From assembly GCA_013265495.1 (NCBI GenBank), contig MU057398.1:62001-126000 (forward strand): DNA of 64,000 nucleotides. The letters run 5' to 3'. Origin of the DNA: Vicugna vicugna (lineage: Eukaryota). The number at the start of each line of letters is the position of its first letter. Positions within the stretch are counted from its first letter, which is position 1. The position numbers and the translations under genes were made by a program. The notes below the pieces were generated by a model. It was not told the DNA's origin. It saw only the letters and a list, made by a program, of their open reading frames with translations, and ran no database searches. This document shows, in pieces, positions 1 to 11,180 of this stretch.

Positions 1-1250
1 AACTCTTCTGCATACCTCCCTCCTTTTTGGACCTCTGCTCTACAACCTCTAGCTGCTTCAGCTTCCCTGAGCACTGGTCTGTATTAATGATGAAACCACC
101 AAGCTCTGTTTCGGGCCCCCTTCCCTACACTCTTAATCTGGAAATTGCCTCCAGGAAGATATCTGGGCCAATGATCAAACTCACCTCATTTGTTTCTGTT
201 TTCTCACAAATCTGATCCAGTGCTGCCTACTGTCCGATATCTAAAAACTATTGTTTCACATCTGTTTTGTCCAGTTTCCTACTTACTTATGGCAGGAGAT
301 TAAATCTGTTCCTTTTACTCCATCATGGCCAAAAGTGGGCGTCTCTGTCTATCCCTTTTAATATAACATCTTACTTTATGTAAAAGTCTTTCTGGAGTAT
401 CTGGGTTTTATACTCCTTGAGCTGGTGTAAAAATGCTTCCTTTTCGTTTAACTGTGAAACAATTTGACCTGACATCATAACAGAAACGGTATTCCTGTGT
501 CTGTGAACTTACTGAGTGGGAGGCTTGTGATGCATGCACACCAGTGGTGGGATCTGACAGAAGAAGTTCACTTGCATGTGTGGTTCTTTTATTTCACAAC
601 TTACTGTTTGAAGATCTTTTTTTTTTTTGAGGCTTCTTTTTCCAGCAATTTTGTTCAACTTTTCATTTTGTTAGCTATGTTACAGAAATGTTCTTGCCTG
701 CAGCCGTCTTGTTGTCACCTGGCGAGTTGTTTCAGTGGGGTGGGGAGGGGCTCCTGCTCTTTCTTACCTCTCTCCTCTCCAGTGGCCCAATCCAGTTTTT
801 TATGGTCCCTACAAAGTTGAAAAGGCTCTCTCACTTCCTAGTTATTTATTCCAATGTTCTTTTGGGGGATGCTTCCTTTCTGTGCAGTATGAGCATTGAT
901 GTATTGGAGGCCTACTGCTTGGAGGCCTGTGGCCGACCTGCCTCTGGGAGCCAGTCCCCCTGCTATTGGCTCTAGGTCTATGTTTGTCCTCAGTGTGTGC
1001 CTGGGCTAACATTCATTTGTCCTGTCCAGGTTCTTTCTGGCCTGCCTGTATTAGTTCTTTGCCAGCCCACTTTCCCCACTGTTTAGGATCTGTTTTTTCA
1101 GGCATACCCGTGCTCTGGCTTGTCACTCAGCCTATGTGCAAGGGAAGGTGCTACAAGATCTAAAACCAGGGAAAGGGAAATTGCCAGTTTCACCCCAGGG
1201 GACCCAGAGGCAGGGCTGCTAGCACTCACAGCTCTTTTCACTTTCCTTAG

Positions 1251-1342
1251 CTCTGCCTGTCCCCCAGGGTCTTGCCCTTTCCTGAGATGGGTTCCCAGGA
1301 ACCCAAGTCCTGGCAGGCCCTCTTGAGATGCTGGAAGCCCAG
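1251..1342 (+). other. ZNF275: ZNF275 upstream exon (vestigial KRAB-ZFP initiator exon, probably 5' UTR)
   Basis: Polypyrimidine tract and AG (ttttcactttccttag, ending 1250); donor CAG|gtgagc at 1343. The last 33 nt (1310-1342, CTG GCA...GCC CAG) parallel the 33-nt ATG GCA...CCC AAG| initiator segment of ZFP92 in this window. Confidence 0.55.
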
Positions 1343-1805
1343 GTGAGCTGTGCTTCCCTCTGCCTGGCTTGGGAATCTGTCACTGCTCCCTGATTCTGGC
1401 CTCAGCCTCTGACTCTTGCCCCAGCATGACATACAACAGGGCCTGAACCCCAGCTGCTGCCTGCCCTCTCTCTCTCTGCTTTTGTCCCCAGAGTCTGCCA
1501 AGGAAGGGATGCCTGCTGGCTTGTAATTCCCATTGTAGTGATGGGGGAGCTGAGTGTCAATCCAGGAAAGTGATTGAACTGAGGTCCCTTGGGAGGACAG
1601 TGGGATCCAGGGCCACAGCCCAGGTCTCCTGGCACACGGTCAGGTTCTCTTTCCAGGACTTCTTGAGGCTTGCAGTGATACGTCCATGTTAGCAATGCAC
1701 ACCCACTCTCCAGACTCTCACCTCTTGTCCCTGGGGTTACTGGCACTACCCTTGCCTCATTCTCAAATGGATGGAAGGACAGATTATCCATGGGAATTCT
1801 TTCAG

Positions 1806-1914
1806 GATTCGGTGACATTTGGTGACGTGGCCTAATACCTCACAAAAAGGGAGTGGTTGAGATTGGACCCTGAGCAGAGGGTGCCGGCATATTGAAGATA
1901 CATGACCTCCTTGG
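1806..1914 (+). pseudogene. ZNF275: Decayed KRAB-A exon of ZNF275
   Basis: ttcag| acceptor and G|gtaagg donor. Translates DSVTFGDVA*YLTKREWLRLDPEQRVPAY*RYMTSL(G), matching the KRAB-A consensus VTFEDVAVYFT.EEW..LDP.QR...L.SLG. Stops at 1833 and 1893; 109 nt versus 127 nt for the intact ZFP92 KRAB-A exon. Confidence 0.85.
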
Positions 1915-2633
1915 GTAAGGATGCCCCTAGCCCTTTCACCAGCCTGGCCAGCTGCTTCCTGCTCCTATGAAGCAGAGAGTGAGATGAGGGGCACCAGGCA
2001 CAGCTGTACACCTTCCAGGGGCTTGTGCTTGCTGGGGACGGGCTGTGAGGAAATACAAAGGGTCTGTGACACCCAGTGTCTCAAAGTAACAGGTCTCTCT
2101 CCCAACTCCTGATGGCTTGGAAAGAAGCCTCGCCAGTCTTTTATTGGGAAGTAAATTAGAACAAACGGGCCACTATAATTTAGAATACTTTTTTTAAGTG
2201 ACAGATTATACAAGTTGCCTGGCAACTTTTTGGTGGTTTCCTGTTGAGAGGGGTTGACATAGCAAGAGCCTTTGCACCATCAGGGGCTGCGTGTGTGAGG
2301 TGGGAGGCTTCTTAGGAGGAAAGATGACCAGGCGGCAGCCTTGACAGTTGTGGAAGAACCCCGAGGAGGGGGGAGGGGGGAAAGGAAGAATTAGCTCCTC
2401 AGGAAGACCCCTGGCACCCCACCCGGTTGGTGGGGCCCAGAGCCTGCTTTATCCAGCCCCTGGAGGGAGCTGCCCCTTGGGAAAGGCCTTTGACATGGAT
2501 GAATGACTTGCCTGAGGATGTGGTCAGCCCAGCCTTTGGGGACTGAAAGGAAGGTTTTCCCCTTCAGAGGGCCTGCCCCATTCTGATGTCAGCTCTGGCT
2601 GCCGCCAAAATGTCTTTCCTTTTCCCCAAGCAG

Positions 2634-2735
2634 GAGTTTTGGTTTTGAACCCTGCATTGGTCTCTTACCTGATATGAGGACATGGGCTGTTGGTGTCAGA
2701 CCCCTCCCATAACGTGGATTGAGCTAAGCCTTCTG
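2634..2735 (+). pseudogene. ZNF275: Decayed KRAB-B-position exon of ZNF275
   Basis: Acceptor ttcctttttccccaagcag|. Translates (G)VLVLNPALVSYLI*GHGLLVSDPSHNVD*AKPS, matching the human ZNF275 N-terminus as recalled (VPVLNPALVPHLAQGQVLLVSDPSPNTDPAKYS). TGA at 2675 and 2720; the donor position reads GAGAGT instead of GTGAGT. Confidence 0.75.
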
Positions 2736-3030
2736 GAGAGTGAAAAAGAAAACTGAAGAAAGGTGAGGATGTGGTGGGGGAGGCCCAACTGAGGCTTTGG
2801 GGAGGGGGTGTGGGGGCTCCTCAGTCACCTGGATTCAGGCCCCTCTGTCCCTTCCATCTATGCTCTGTGCTTCTGGTCAGGTGGGTACCAGCTACTGTGC
2901 ACCCTGGCCTCCAGGCACGGGCTCAGCAGCTGTCTCAGGAAGAGAGTGATCCTTGACCAAGGAGAATAACCTTTCTTCCTCCTCTGTGGTTTTCATTTCA
3001 GAAAGCATCTGGGTGACCCAACAGCAGGCG

Positions 3031-4158
3031 ATGGGTGAAGACGCCCAGTCACAGGAGATGGCATCCACGAGCTCCCTGAGGGCCACTGAGCCCAGCCCTG
3101 AGGTCAGGCAGAATGGGGACTCAGAGGGGAGGGAAGGGAGACCCCAGAATATGCCTGTAGAACATCACTTTGCGTGTAAAGAGTGTGGGGATGCCTTTCG
3201 GCTTAAGGTTCTCCTCGTGCAGCACCAGAGAATTCACAGTGAGGAGAAGGGCTGGGAGTGTGGCGATTGCGGGAAGGTCTTCAAGGGGGTCTCTGAATTC
3301 AACGAGCACCGGAAGACCCACGTGGCAGCGGAGCCCCGGCCCGGCCCCAGCCGCACCCTTGACGATGCGGTGGAGAAGAGGGAGCAAATGGAGAGGGAGG
3401 CGAAGCCCTTTGAGTGTGAAGAATGTGGGAAAAGGTTTAAGAAGAATGCCGGCCTCAGTCAGCATCTGCGCGTCCACAGCAGGGAGAAGCCCTATGACTG
3501 TGAGGAATGTGGGCGGTCCTTCAAAGTGAACACCCACCTCTTCCGACATCAGAAGCTTCACACGTCGGAAAAGCCCTTTGCCTGCAAAACGTGTAGCAGG
3601 GATTTCCTGGATCGCCAGGAACTTCTCAAGCACCAGCGAATGCACACTGGCCACCTGCCCTTTGACTGTGATGACTGCGGCAAGTCCTTCCGAGGGGTCA
3701 ACGGCCTGGCCGAGCACCAGCGCATCCACAGCGGGGCCAAGCCCTACGGGTGTCCCCACTGCGGCAAGCTCTTCCGGAGGAGCTCGGAGCTCACCAAGCA
3801 CCGGCGGATCCACACGGGCGAGAAGCCATACGAGTGCGGCCAGTGCGGGAAGGCCTTCCGACAGAGCTCCAGCCTCCTGGAGCACCAGCGCATCCACACA
3901 GGGGAGCGGCCCTATGCGTGCGGCGACTGCGGCAAGGCCTTCCGGGGGCCCTCCGACCTGATCAAACACCGGCGGATCCACAGCGGACTGAAGCCCTACG
4001 AGTGCGACAAGTGCGGAAAGGCCTTCCGGAGGAGCTCCGGCCTGAGTCGCCATCGGAGGACCCACAGCGGAGCAAGGCGCTGCGAGTGCAGCGAGTGCGG
4101 CCGCGTGTTCAAGAGGCGCTCGGCGCTGCAGAAGCACCAGCCAACCCACCGCGAGTAG
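3031..4158 (+). CDS. ZNF275: Zinc finger protein 275, 11 C2H2 fingers (2+9), 375 aa from the first ATG of the terminal exon
   Basis: Terminal-exon acceptor tttcatttcag| ends at 3001; ATG 3031 is in strong context (gcgATGG). Eleven CxxC-x12-HxxxH motifs with TGEKPY-like linkers; GEDAQSQEMASTS...EHHFACKECGD...ALQKHQPTH is recognisable as ZNF275. Confidence 0.92.
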   Translation: MGEDAQSQEMASTSSLRATEPSPEVRQNGDSEGREGRPQNMPVEHHFACKECGDAFRLKVLLVQHQRIHSEEKGWECGDCGKVFKGVSEFNEHRKTHVAAEPRPGPSRTLDDAVEKREQMEREAKPFECEECGKRFKKNAGLSQHLRVHSREKPYDCEECGRSFKVNTHLFRHQKLHTSEKPFACKTCSRDFLDRQELLKHQRMHTGHLPFDCDDCGKSFRGVNGLAEHQRIHSGAKPYGCPHCGKLFRRSSELTKHRRIHTGEKPYECGQCGKAFRQSSSLLEHQRIHTGERPYACGDCGKAFRGPSDLIKHRRIHSGLKPYECDKCGKAFRRSSGLSRHRRTHSGARRCECSECGRVFKRRSALQKHQPTHRE

Positions 4159-5329
4159 AGGAGGCCGGGTGCCCCACGGCCCGCAGCGGGGTCCTGCCGG
4201 GGCTTCGGCCCCCGGGTGTGGAGGGCAGAGTCAAAGGAGATGAACAGTTTTGTAGCGCTTCTATATTTGATCGTCAGAAAGGTTGAAACCAATTTCTACT
4301 GCCACCAGCAATTTATAGGTGTACGTGTTTCCCATTTTGCCTATGGACAGTAGCTTCTACCATTTTGATTTCTTTGGGCTGGTTCAGCTGGCATCAAGTA
4401 CCTTTAAGGTATTTAAATCCACAGGCCTTGAATCTGAGAATGAGAAAAGAGAAACCTGGATGTGGGGGTGGAGACAGGGCTCGTTGTTCCCCCCCACCCC
4501 AAGCTCCCTGCTCAGGGAAACTGAGATGTAGAGCTATTCTGTGATGGCCTTGATGTAATGTGATCCCAACTTTCCCGAAGACAAGATCACCCCAAGGTTT
4601 TTTGGCCTACTTGAATTTATAAATTTTAGGGTTGTAAATAGAATAATCAGATGTCTTATACTACTTAATTTATTAATTTAGTTATACATACATATTGTAA
4701 ATCACATATTATATAGAATAATATATTAATTTAGAAAATGTTCCTCTTTGCCCCAGCTCCACGCCCTGAGATCATTTTATTCTAATTCCTCTCATGTACT
4801 TCTAACCCCACCATTTTCTCCAACCTCAAAGCCCGTTCAGTCATCAGACAGTCGCAAAGCTTCCATCCATCCAAGCTGTGTGCCACATAGTGCTGTGACA
4901 ATCCGTGCACAAGGCTCTCACTAGAAATTGCCTCCCAAGCCATAAGTGCACGTCCACAAAACATTAGTGTGATTGGTGGTGTTTTTCAGTTCGTCCTAGA
5001 GCTCTACAACACAAGCACTTAAAGCTGTTCTGTTTTTAAAGTGACCTTTAAAAGACTTTTTTAAAGCATCAAAAACTTGTCACGGTGAAGTCATACTCTT
5101 CAGATTAAGTACTGAATCTGAGTTAAATTTCTTTTGTGTCCTTTTGTCTTAAACCAATTCAGTCTGGTGACTCCCATGCAGATCCAAAACTAGCATCGAC
5201 TGGGGTTGGTTTCAGGCTAAGGGGTCTGGTCCTCAAGCAGCACCATTTTGTTCAAGATAAAGTAGTGGAGAGAACATCCCCATGATAACAGGGACTCTCA
5301 AGGACTCAAGTGTAAGGGGACCGTAACCT

Positions 5330-5440
5330 CTCCTCCTCTGTAAAACAGGGGCAATCATAGGACTACCTCCTAAGGTTATTGTGAGGACTGCAATGCCACG
5401 CCTGGCACGGAGGTACACACTCAGTGAAGGTCCTTTGCCG
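5330..5440 (+). mobile_element. MIR SINE fragment
   Basis: ctctgtaaaacaggggcaatcata...ctacctcctaaggttattgtgagga...cctggcac resembles the MIR core. Confidence 0.65.
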
Positions 5441-8400
5441 TCATCATTGTAGTTACTGCTGTCGTTCTGTGACTCAGTACCAGAACGTGGGATGGACCCA
5501 GGCCTCCTGACTTCTAGTCTCATCTTTCTCTCCCGCGAGGACTTAAAATACTGTTTCCGTTTTCTTGCATGCAAATCATACATTCATCTCCTTTGACCAG
5601 TTATCAAGTTACCTTTGGATATATTGACTTTATACAGCAGTTCTTTCTATATCAATCACGGTGATCTCTTTTCCAGTTTGATTGCTTTGCTCTTTGTAGC
5701 AGTTTTATTACATGTTTGTTCTGCAAGCTTTTGATTTTTACATATCCAAGCATTCGTTGTTGTCAGTTAAGTCGTAACTTCCATTGCTTCAGTAGTTAGA
5801 GATGATGCTATTTTCTTCTAGAATTTTAATTATAAATGAAAAGTCGAAAGCCCTGCCCCACCGGAAGGTGGATGCGCCAGGTGGGCAGGCTGGATGGAAA
5901 TGGGCCAGAGAAGCAGGCTCACTCCTCATCCAATATGCAGACTCTGCATGTCTGTGGGCAGTACTTGACTATCTAACCTGGCCACTCAGGCACTCAAGAA
6001 GAATTTCCATCTCGGACTGGCCAGAACACTCTGACTGTTCCTCAGTAGAGCCCTAGCCATCACCAGCGGGGCTGGGCCTCACCTAGATCTATGGGGGGTG
6101 AGGGTCCAAGCTTGGTCCTGGTAGCAGCTGGCCGACTTTCCAGCTCCTGGGAGCCTTGGCTATGCTCGGCGTGGATTCAGTGCCTGAGCAGCAGATCCAG
6201 CCAAGAGACATCTCGGACATGGGAAGACTCACCCAACTGATGCTGTCACATGGATGGCACCTCCTCCTAGCAAGTGACTCTGGAATTAGAAAAGTCGGTT
6301 TGGCGCCTTCCACTTTTGGCAACTAGGGGGAACTCACCCATGTGTTCTGACATCACCTCCTGCAGCCACACCAGGCCTGGGCTGTGACTTGCCACAGCCA
6401 TGCCCAGGAAGGCCATAAAACAAGGGTTTGGAGGGCAATGATGCCCTTCTGACGACAGCCCATGTGGCATCAAACTAGAAGTTACTCATCCTGGAGCTGG
6501 GCTGGTACATGCAGCAGGACAGCAGCATGGGCTAGCCAGGAACCTGGCCCCTCTGGTGGCCTGCAGAGGATGCAGGTAGAAGCCGGCCACACTGGGGCTA
6601 TGGCGTGACTTCCCAGCAAGTGTGCCCAAGCTAGAAGGTGCACCAGAGGGCCTGCCAAGGATGGGCCCCCCAAGGCTGGGAAGCAGGGTCCCACGGTGAC
6701 CCTTGTGACCTGAGCCAGAAAGTATTCTGGAATGGTTCCCAGGCCACATCAGGGGCTCTCTGCGATGTCTCCATCCTGCCCCCCGGGCTGGAGAGAAGCC
6801 GATAGCACTTGTTACCTAATGATTCTTTTCGCTCTGGGGGCTTCAGTTCTTGCAGTAGTTGTGAATCTGTGTCCAAAATCACTACTTCCTTCTCTCATGA
6901 GTTTTCTCTTCAAGTTGTTATGATGAATGTGCTACAACTGTCATTTGGTAAGGAATGTTGACATCCATCGGGGGGGGCAAGTCTGGCACCTTGATCTGGA
7001 AGTACTCTGCTAATTCTGGCCTGGGTTTTATGAAGGATCCAGATGCAGTATTATCTCGGAACTTAGCGGCATCATCATCACTGCTCCATTTGTACCCAGC
7101 CAGGACACAGCATCTCTCCTTTCCTTTTCTCCATTCTCAGTTCTGGGATTTCCTCTCGAACAAACCATCCTCTAGCATGAACACGTCTTTTCTGTCACTG
7201 TGTTTGCAGGTGAAGTCTGTGCGCTCTCCAAACGCAAGCAGTCTGTGGCTTTAACGTGTGTCCTGTAGTTGCGCCGAGTTCAGTTTTCGTCTCTGGTCAC
7301 TTGCAGGTGGATTTCCTTGGATTCTTTAGGTGTACTGCTGCGTCAGATGCAAAATGTGATCAAACTTCCTGTCGTGTGTGCTTGTCTGTGTATTCATGTA
7401 TCTACCTCGTTTCATTTTTCTTTCTGATTACATTTATTCCTTTTGCAAGGCAAACAGAGCAGGTGGGTAACAGAATGCCAGCTCTCATTAGAAATATGTC
7501 CTTTTCTTCTATTCTGAGAGAAACCCTTCATTGCTTTTATTAAAGCTTTCAATCCTTGCTGAAATTTCCAAAAGAAAGTGACGGTTTACCACTTCTGCTG
7601 CTTAGTAAGATGGACCGTGCTGATTAGTTGGGTCAGACTCACTCTTGCATTTCCAGAACCAGCCCCAGCCACTGGCAGTGGCATCTTTCTCGCATGGCAT
7701 TGTGTCCCACGTGCCCGAGGCTTTGGCCCAGTCGTGTGCCATCTGACCCCTACCCCGCACAGGCCACGTTAATTCAACCAGAACTGAGCACCTGACTCAT
7801 GGGCAGCAACCACTCGACAGAGCTGGAGACGATTGGGCCAGGCCTTCCGGGTTCTCCGTCTGTGAAGGGCAAAGAAGGAAACAGAGAGACATTTATAGTT
7901 GGTGCTGGAAGAAAGAGGGAGCCACCTGGGGTTTAGAGGAGCTGCCCCCATAGGCAGCACTGGCTTGAGGGCCTCCTGGCCCTATCATGTTCTGGGATTT
8001 CTGGCGATTGCCCTCCTTGGTCCACTTGTGTCCCCAGCATAGACTCCCTTGACTTGAACCAGCTTTAGGGGTCTGCATCTTGCCATTTGGCTGCTTTTTG
8101 AGAAGAGTCACATGGCTGGCTTTCCTCATGGTCTGTGTGGCCCTCGTGCCTGGCCCAAGTCCCACCTGACTGCCATAAACACCTGTTTTAAATGTGGTAC
8201 TGTATTCGGTTCACTAACATGGGTACACATCTATGCCTTCTAGTCTCCGTGAGTTTGACCAGTGCTTATCTGTCTGGGCATCATTCCCAGACTGACCCTG
8301 TGTTTGCCCCCGGAAATGTGTTAAGTCACCACCCACCTTGTTCCTGACTTTGGAAGTATCCCCCTACTTTTGGCAAATCTGTCAGATGGGGGAATTGATA

Positions 8401-8659
8401 ACTCCTGTATGACTAGTATACTCACATTAGTTCTTATTGCATCTGTTTGGGTGTTTCTCTTCAAAAGTGTAAAGAGTCTCTTTAAACATGGCCTTCGACA
8501 TGACTTGCATATCTGAGAACAACTGTGTCCTACCCCAGTTCGTATTTTGGTTGTTGGCGCTCTTTTCTTGTTCCTCCCCGATCTCCTTAACTTGTCTGTT
8601 TTATGGCACTTACTATAATCAGCCTTGCACTAGAGCTTCGCTCTCCCCGGCCTCCCCAA

Positions 8660-8773
8660 CCTGGTAGATTGTGAGCTCTTAGAAGACAGAGGTGGCCCTT
8701 CACGTCTGATTCCCCTACCAGATCTAGCACAGTGCCTTGCATCAAGTAGATTTCAATAAATATATGTGAAATG
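8660..8773 (+). mobile_element. L2 LINE 3' end carrying a candidate ZNF275 poly(A) signal
   Basis: tagattgtgagctc...tctagcacagtgccttgcatcaagtagatttcAATAAAtatatgtgaa matches the L2 3' terminus. Confidence 0.7.
8755..8760 (+). terminator. Candidate ZNF275 polyadenylation signal
   Basis: AATAAA followed within about 15-60 nt by T-rich sequence; the first canonical AATAAA I found after the stop at 4158. Confidence 0.5.
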
Positions 8774-9524
8774 GCATTGGTCTTCCTTGACTTCCTTTGT
8801 CAAAGCTTACTTGAACATTTCTTCCCTTGCTTTTTTCTCCATGCTCTGGGCTTCAGCTGTCTTGCCCCCAACCCCTTGCTGGATGCCTGGAGGGGAGAAG
8901 GAAGTACCCTGATGAGAGAGGGCTGGTTTTCTTGGAACTTTGAGCTGTCCTTTGCCAGGAGGGGCCAGTCATTCAGCCAGCTGCCTTCCCCCACCCCAGC
9001 AAGGGCTCCCCCCGAGTCTGAATTCCAGGTGGGAGCAGGAGACCGGCTGGACACTGAGCTTCTCCCCTGGGGATCAGAAATGGGGTGACAGAAATGGCTT
9101 CTGGGACTTGAGAATCAGCCAGCCTCTCTGGGCTGTGTAGGGATGGGAGTGGGGAGGTCAGTTGTCTTGGTGGCCAGCGGCTGGTCCTCTCTCTAGTGAC
9201 TATTGCCTCAGAAAAAGGCAGGTAATGAGGACAGGCTGCTGTCTTCCTGAGCTTCCCAAGTGCAAACGAACAGAGCTTAGCCGTGAAGTCAGCTGCCCAG
9301 TCCTAGAAGGCCAAGAGCTAGATGTGTCCCAACAGGAGGGAGCCACATTTTGGAAAGGAGCGTAACTTTCCCCACCAACTTGGTCTCCCTGGAAGCACCC
9401 AGGCGAGGCCTAGTCCTCTTCCCCCAGGGTCCCATCCTCATCAGGCTGTCAGTCATTCTATCCCAAATGCAGCTTGGAGGAGGTGGTGTGATACCATGAT
9501 CTGTGATCCACTAACAATGGCCCA

Positions 9525-9564
9525 GGGGAGCAGGGACGGCCTGGGGAGCAGGGACGGCCTGGGG
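9525..9564. repeat. 18-bp perfect tandem duplication
   Basis: ggggagcagggacggcct twice (9525-9542, 9543-9560) plus gggg. Confidence 0.9.
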
Positions 9565-9831
9565 CATTTCTCTTCAGGCCCTATGGGCCTCCAGCAGGGG
9601 ATGCTATTCCCTTCTGCTCCTCTCCTAGTGCCCCTGCCTTCTGGGGCCCTGGAGCTTCTACCAACACCACCCTCCTCCGAGGCCCCATGTTAGTACTTTG
9701 CTTACCTGAGAGTTAACAGTTCCCAGACCCCCACCCCTGGGCCAGCATCTGGGCCCTGGCTCCCACCCACAGCCCTCTGCTCCAACCCACTTCTGTCCAC
9801 CCCGCAGCCCACCTTGGGGGACCACTGGCAT

Positions 9832-10170
9832 TGTGTTAGTCCACTCAGGCTGCTGTGACAAAAATACCATAATCTAGACATTTATCGCTCAGAGTTCTGG
9901 AGAATGAGAAGCCCAAGATCATGGTCCCGGCAGAGCTGGAATCTGCTGAGGACATGCTTCCTGCTTCCCAGATGACTGTCATTTAGCTGTGTCCTCCCCT
10001 GGTAGGAAGGGTTGGGGAGGTCTCTTGGGCATCTTTTATAAGGGCACTAATGCCATTCATAGGGGCTCCACCCTCAGGACCTAAAAGCCCCACCCACTAA
10101 TCCCATCTCATTAGGGCTTAGGATTTCAATGTATGAGTTTGTGGAGGACACACACATTCAGTCCATAGCG
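9832..10170 (-). mobile_element. MaLR solo LTR (MLT1A-like)
   Basis: tgtgttagtcc...ggctgctgtgacaaaatacca...ttataagggcactaat...acacacattcagtccatagc are the MLT1 termini in reverse orientation. Confidence 0.75.
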
Positions 10171-10724
10171 GGCATTGAGATAGCAAGGGGGTGTGTCTCC
10201 ATTTTACCTTGCCCTTCCCGACAATTTCCTAGCCCACTAGCCTGAAGCTTCCAGAACTGCATCCAGATCCACCCTCACCAGCTCCTCCAAAAGACGCTGA
10301 GCCCCACTGGCCCAGGTCATCATCAGAATACTGGACTAAAATGCATTTCATTCCAAAAACTGACTGCCTGGGCTGCCACAAGCCTCACCTTGAAGTGCCC
10401 CATGATGTGAATCTGAGGTGGCCTGGCAGGACAGGACTGAAATCATCACACTAGTGATGAGAGAGAAGAAAAGAGAAACATGTGGGCAAGAGGGCCCTGC
10501 CCACCATGAATGGAGGTGAGGGGATTTGGGCTTCAATGGATTCATGCATCTGTGAGCCTGACATATACACTGGGGGGCTGTTTGACTTTTTCCCACTGAG
10601 CACATGTTATTGCTTTAATTAAAATATTTGTAGACTATGTAATAAAAAACGTGGTCCCCTGACTTCTTCAGCAAGACAGGTTAGAAAAACCCTTTGCTCC
10701 CTCAGTCCTCACCCCTTCTTTGAA

Positions 10725-10860
10725 CTTCATTCAACATGCATTGATTGAGCACCTGCTGTGTGCCAAGCTCCAAAAGAGAATGACATGATCCCTGCCCTCA
10801 AGGACAGGGCACCAAAGCAAGACAGACCTGTAACCAAAATGTTACCACAAGTGTGACCTA
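10725..10860 (-). mobile_element. L2 fragment
   Basis: ttcattcaacatgcattgattgagcacctgctgtgtgccaag...catgatccctgccctcaagga. Confidence 0.65.
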
Positions 10861-11023
10861 TGTTTACCAAGCTGGACTCCTAGGATTTGTGCACTTTAGT
10901 GGATACCGTTACACTTGAGTTTTTAAAAATACAAACAAAAAACACTACAGAGCCAAACACACATGCGCAACATTAGCAAATAAATCCCCCTCCCTCCATC
11001 CTCAGGGCCTTTGATTTTACATC

Positions 11024-11180
11024 CCCAAGAGCTCCCTGGGCCCCGGCCACGGATTCCATGGTGGTGCCCATGATGCTGCTCAACCTGGTGGACAAGCTTG
11101 GGGAGGAGGACGAGGAGGTGGCGGGCAAATACGCAGAGCTGGGGGACTGGTGAGCTCAGAGGGTCCTGCAGCACGTCCAG
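11024..11180 (+). pseudogene. RENBP: Orphan exon fragment of RENBP (N-acylglucosamine 2-epimerase / renin-binding protein), non-processed
   Basis: 11058-11180 translates [40 protein letters not shown], versus RENBP as recalled [44 protein letters not shown] at 11151 replaces Cys; an apparent 1-nt frameshift lies near 11040; gtgggg follows immediately. Confidence 0.85.

Noticed and set aside
2953..3030. ORF-track N-terminal extension of ZNF275 (and 52121-52142 for ZFP92)
   Set aside because: Both begin at TTG within intronic polypyrimidine tracts upstream of clear splice acceptors.
3121..4149. 342-aa antisense ORF over ZNF275 (and the 230-aa one at 52406-53098 over ZFP92)
   Set aside because: These are shadows of repetitive GC-rich C2H2 codons; the same pseudo-repeat peptide appears opposite both genes.
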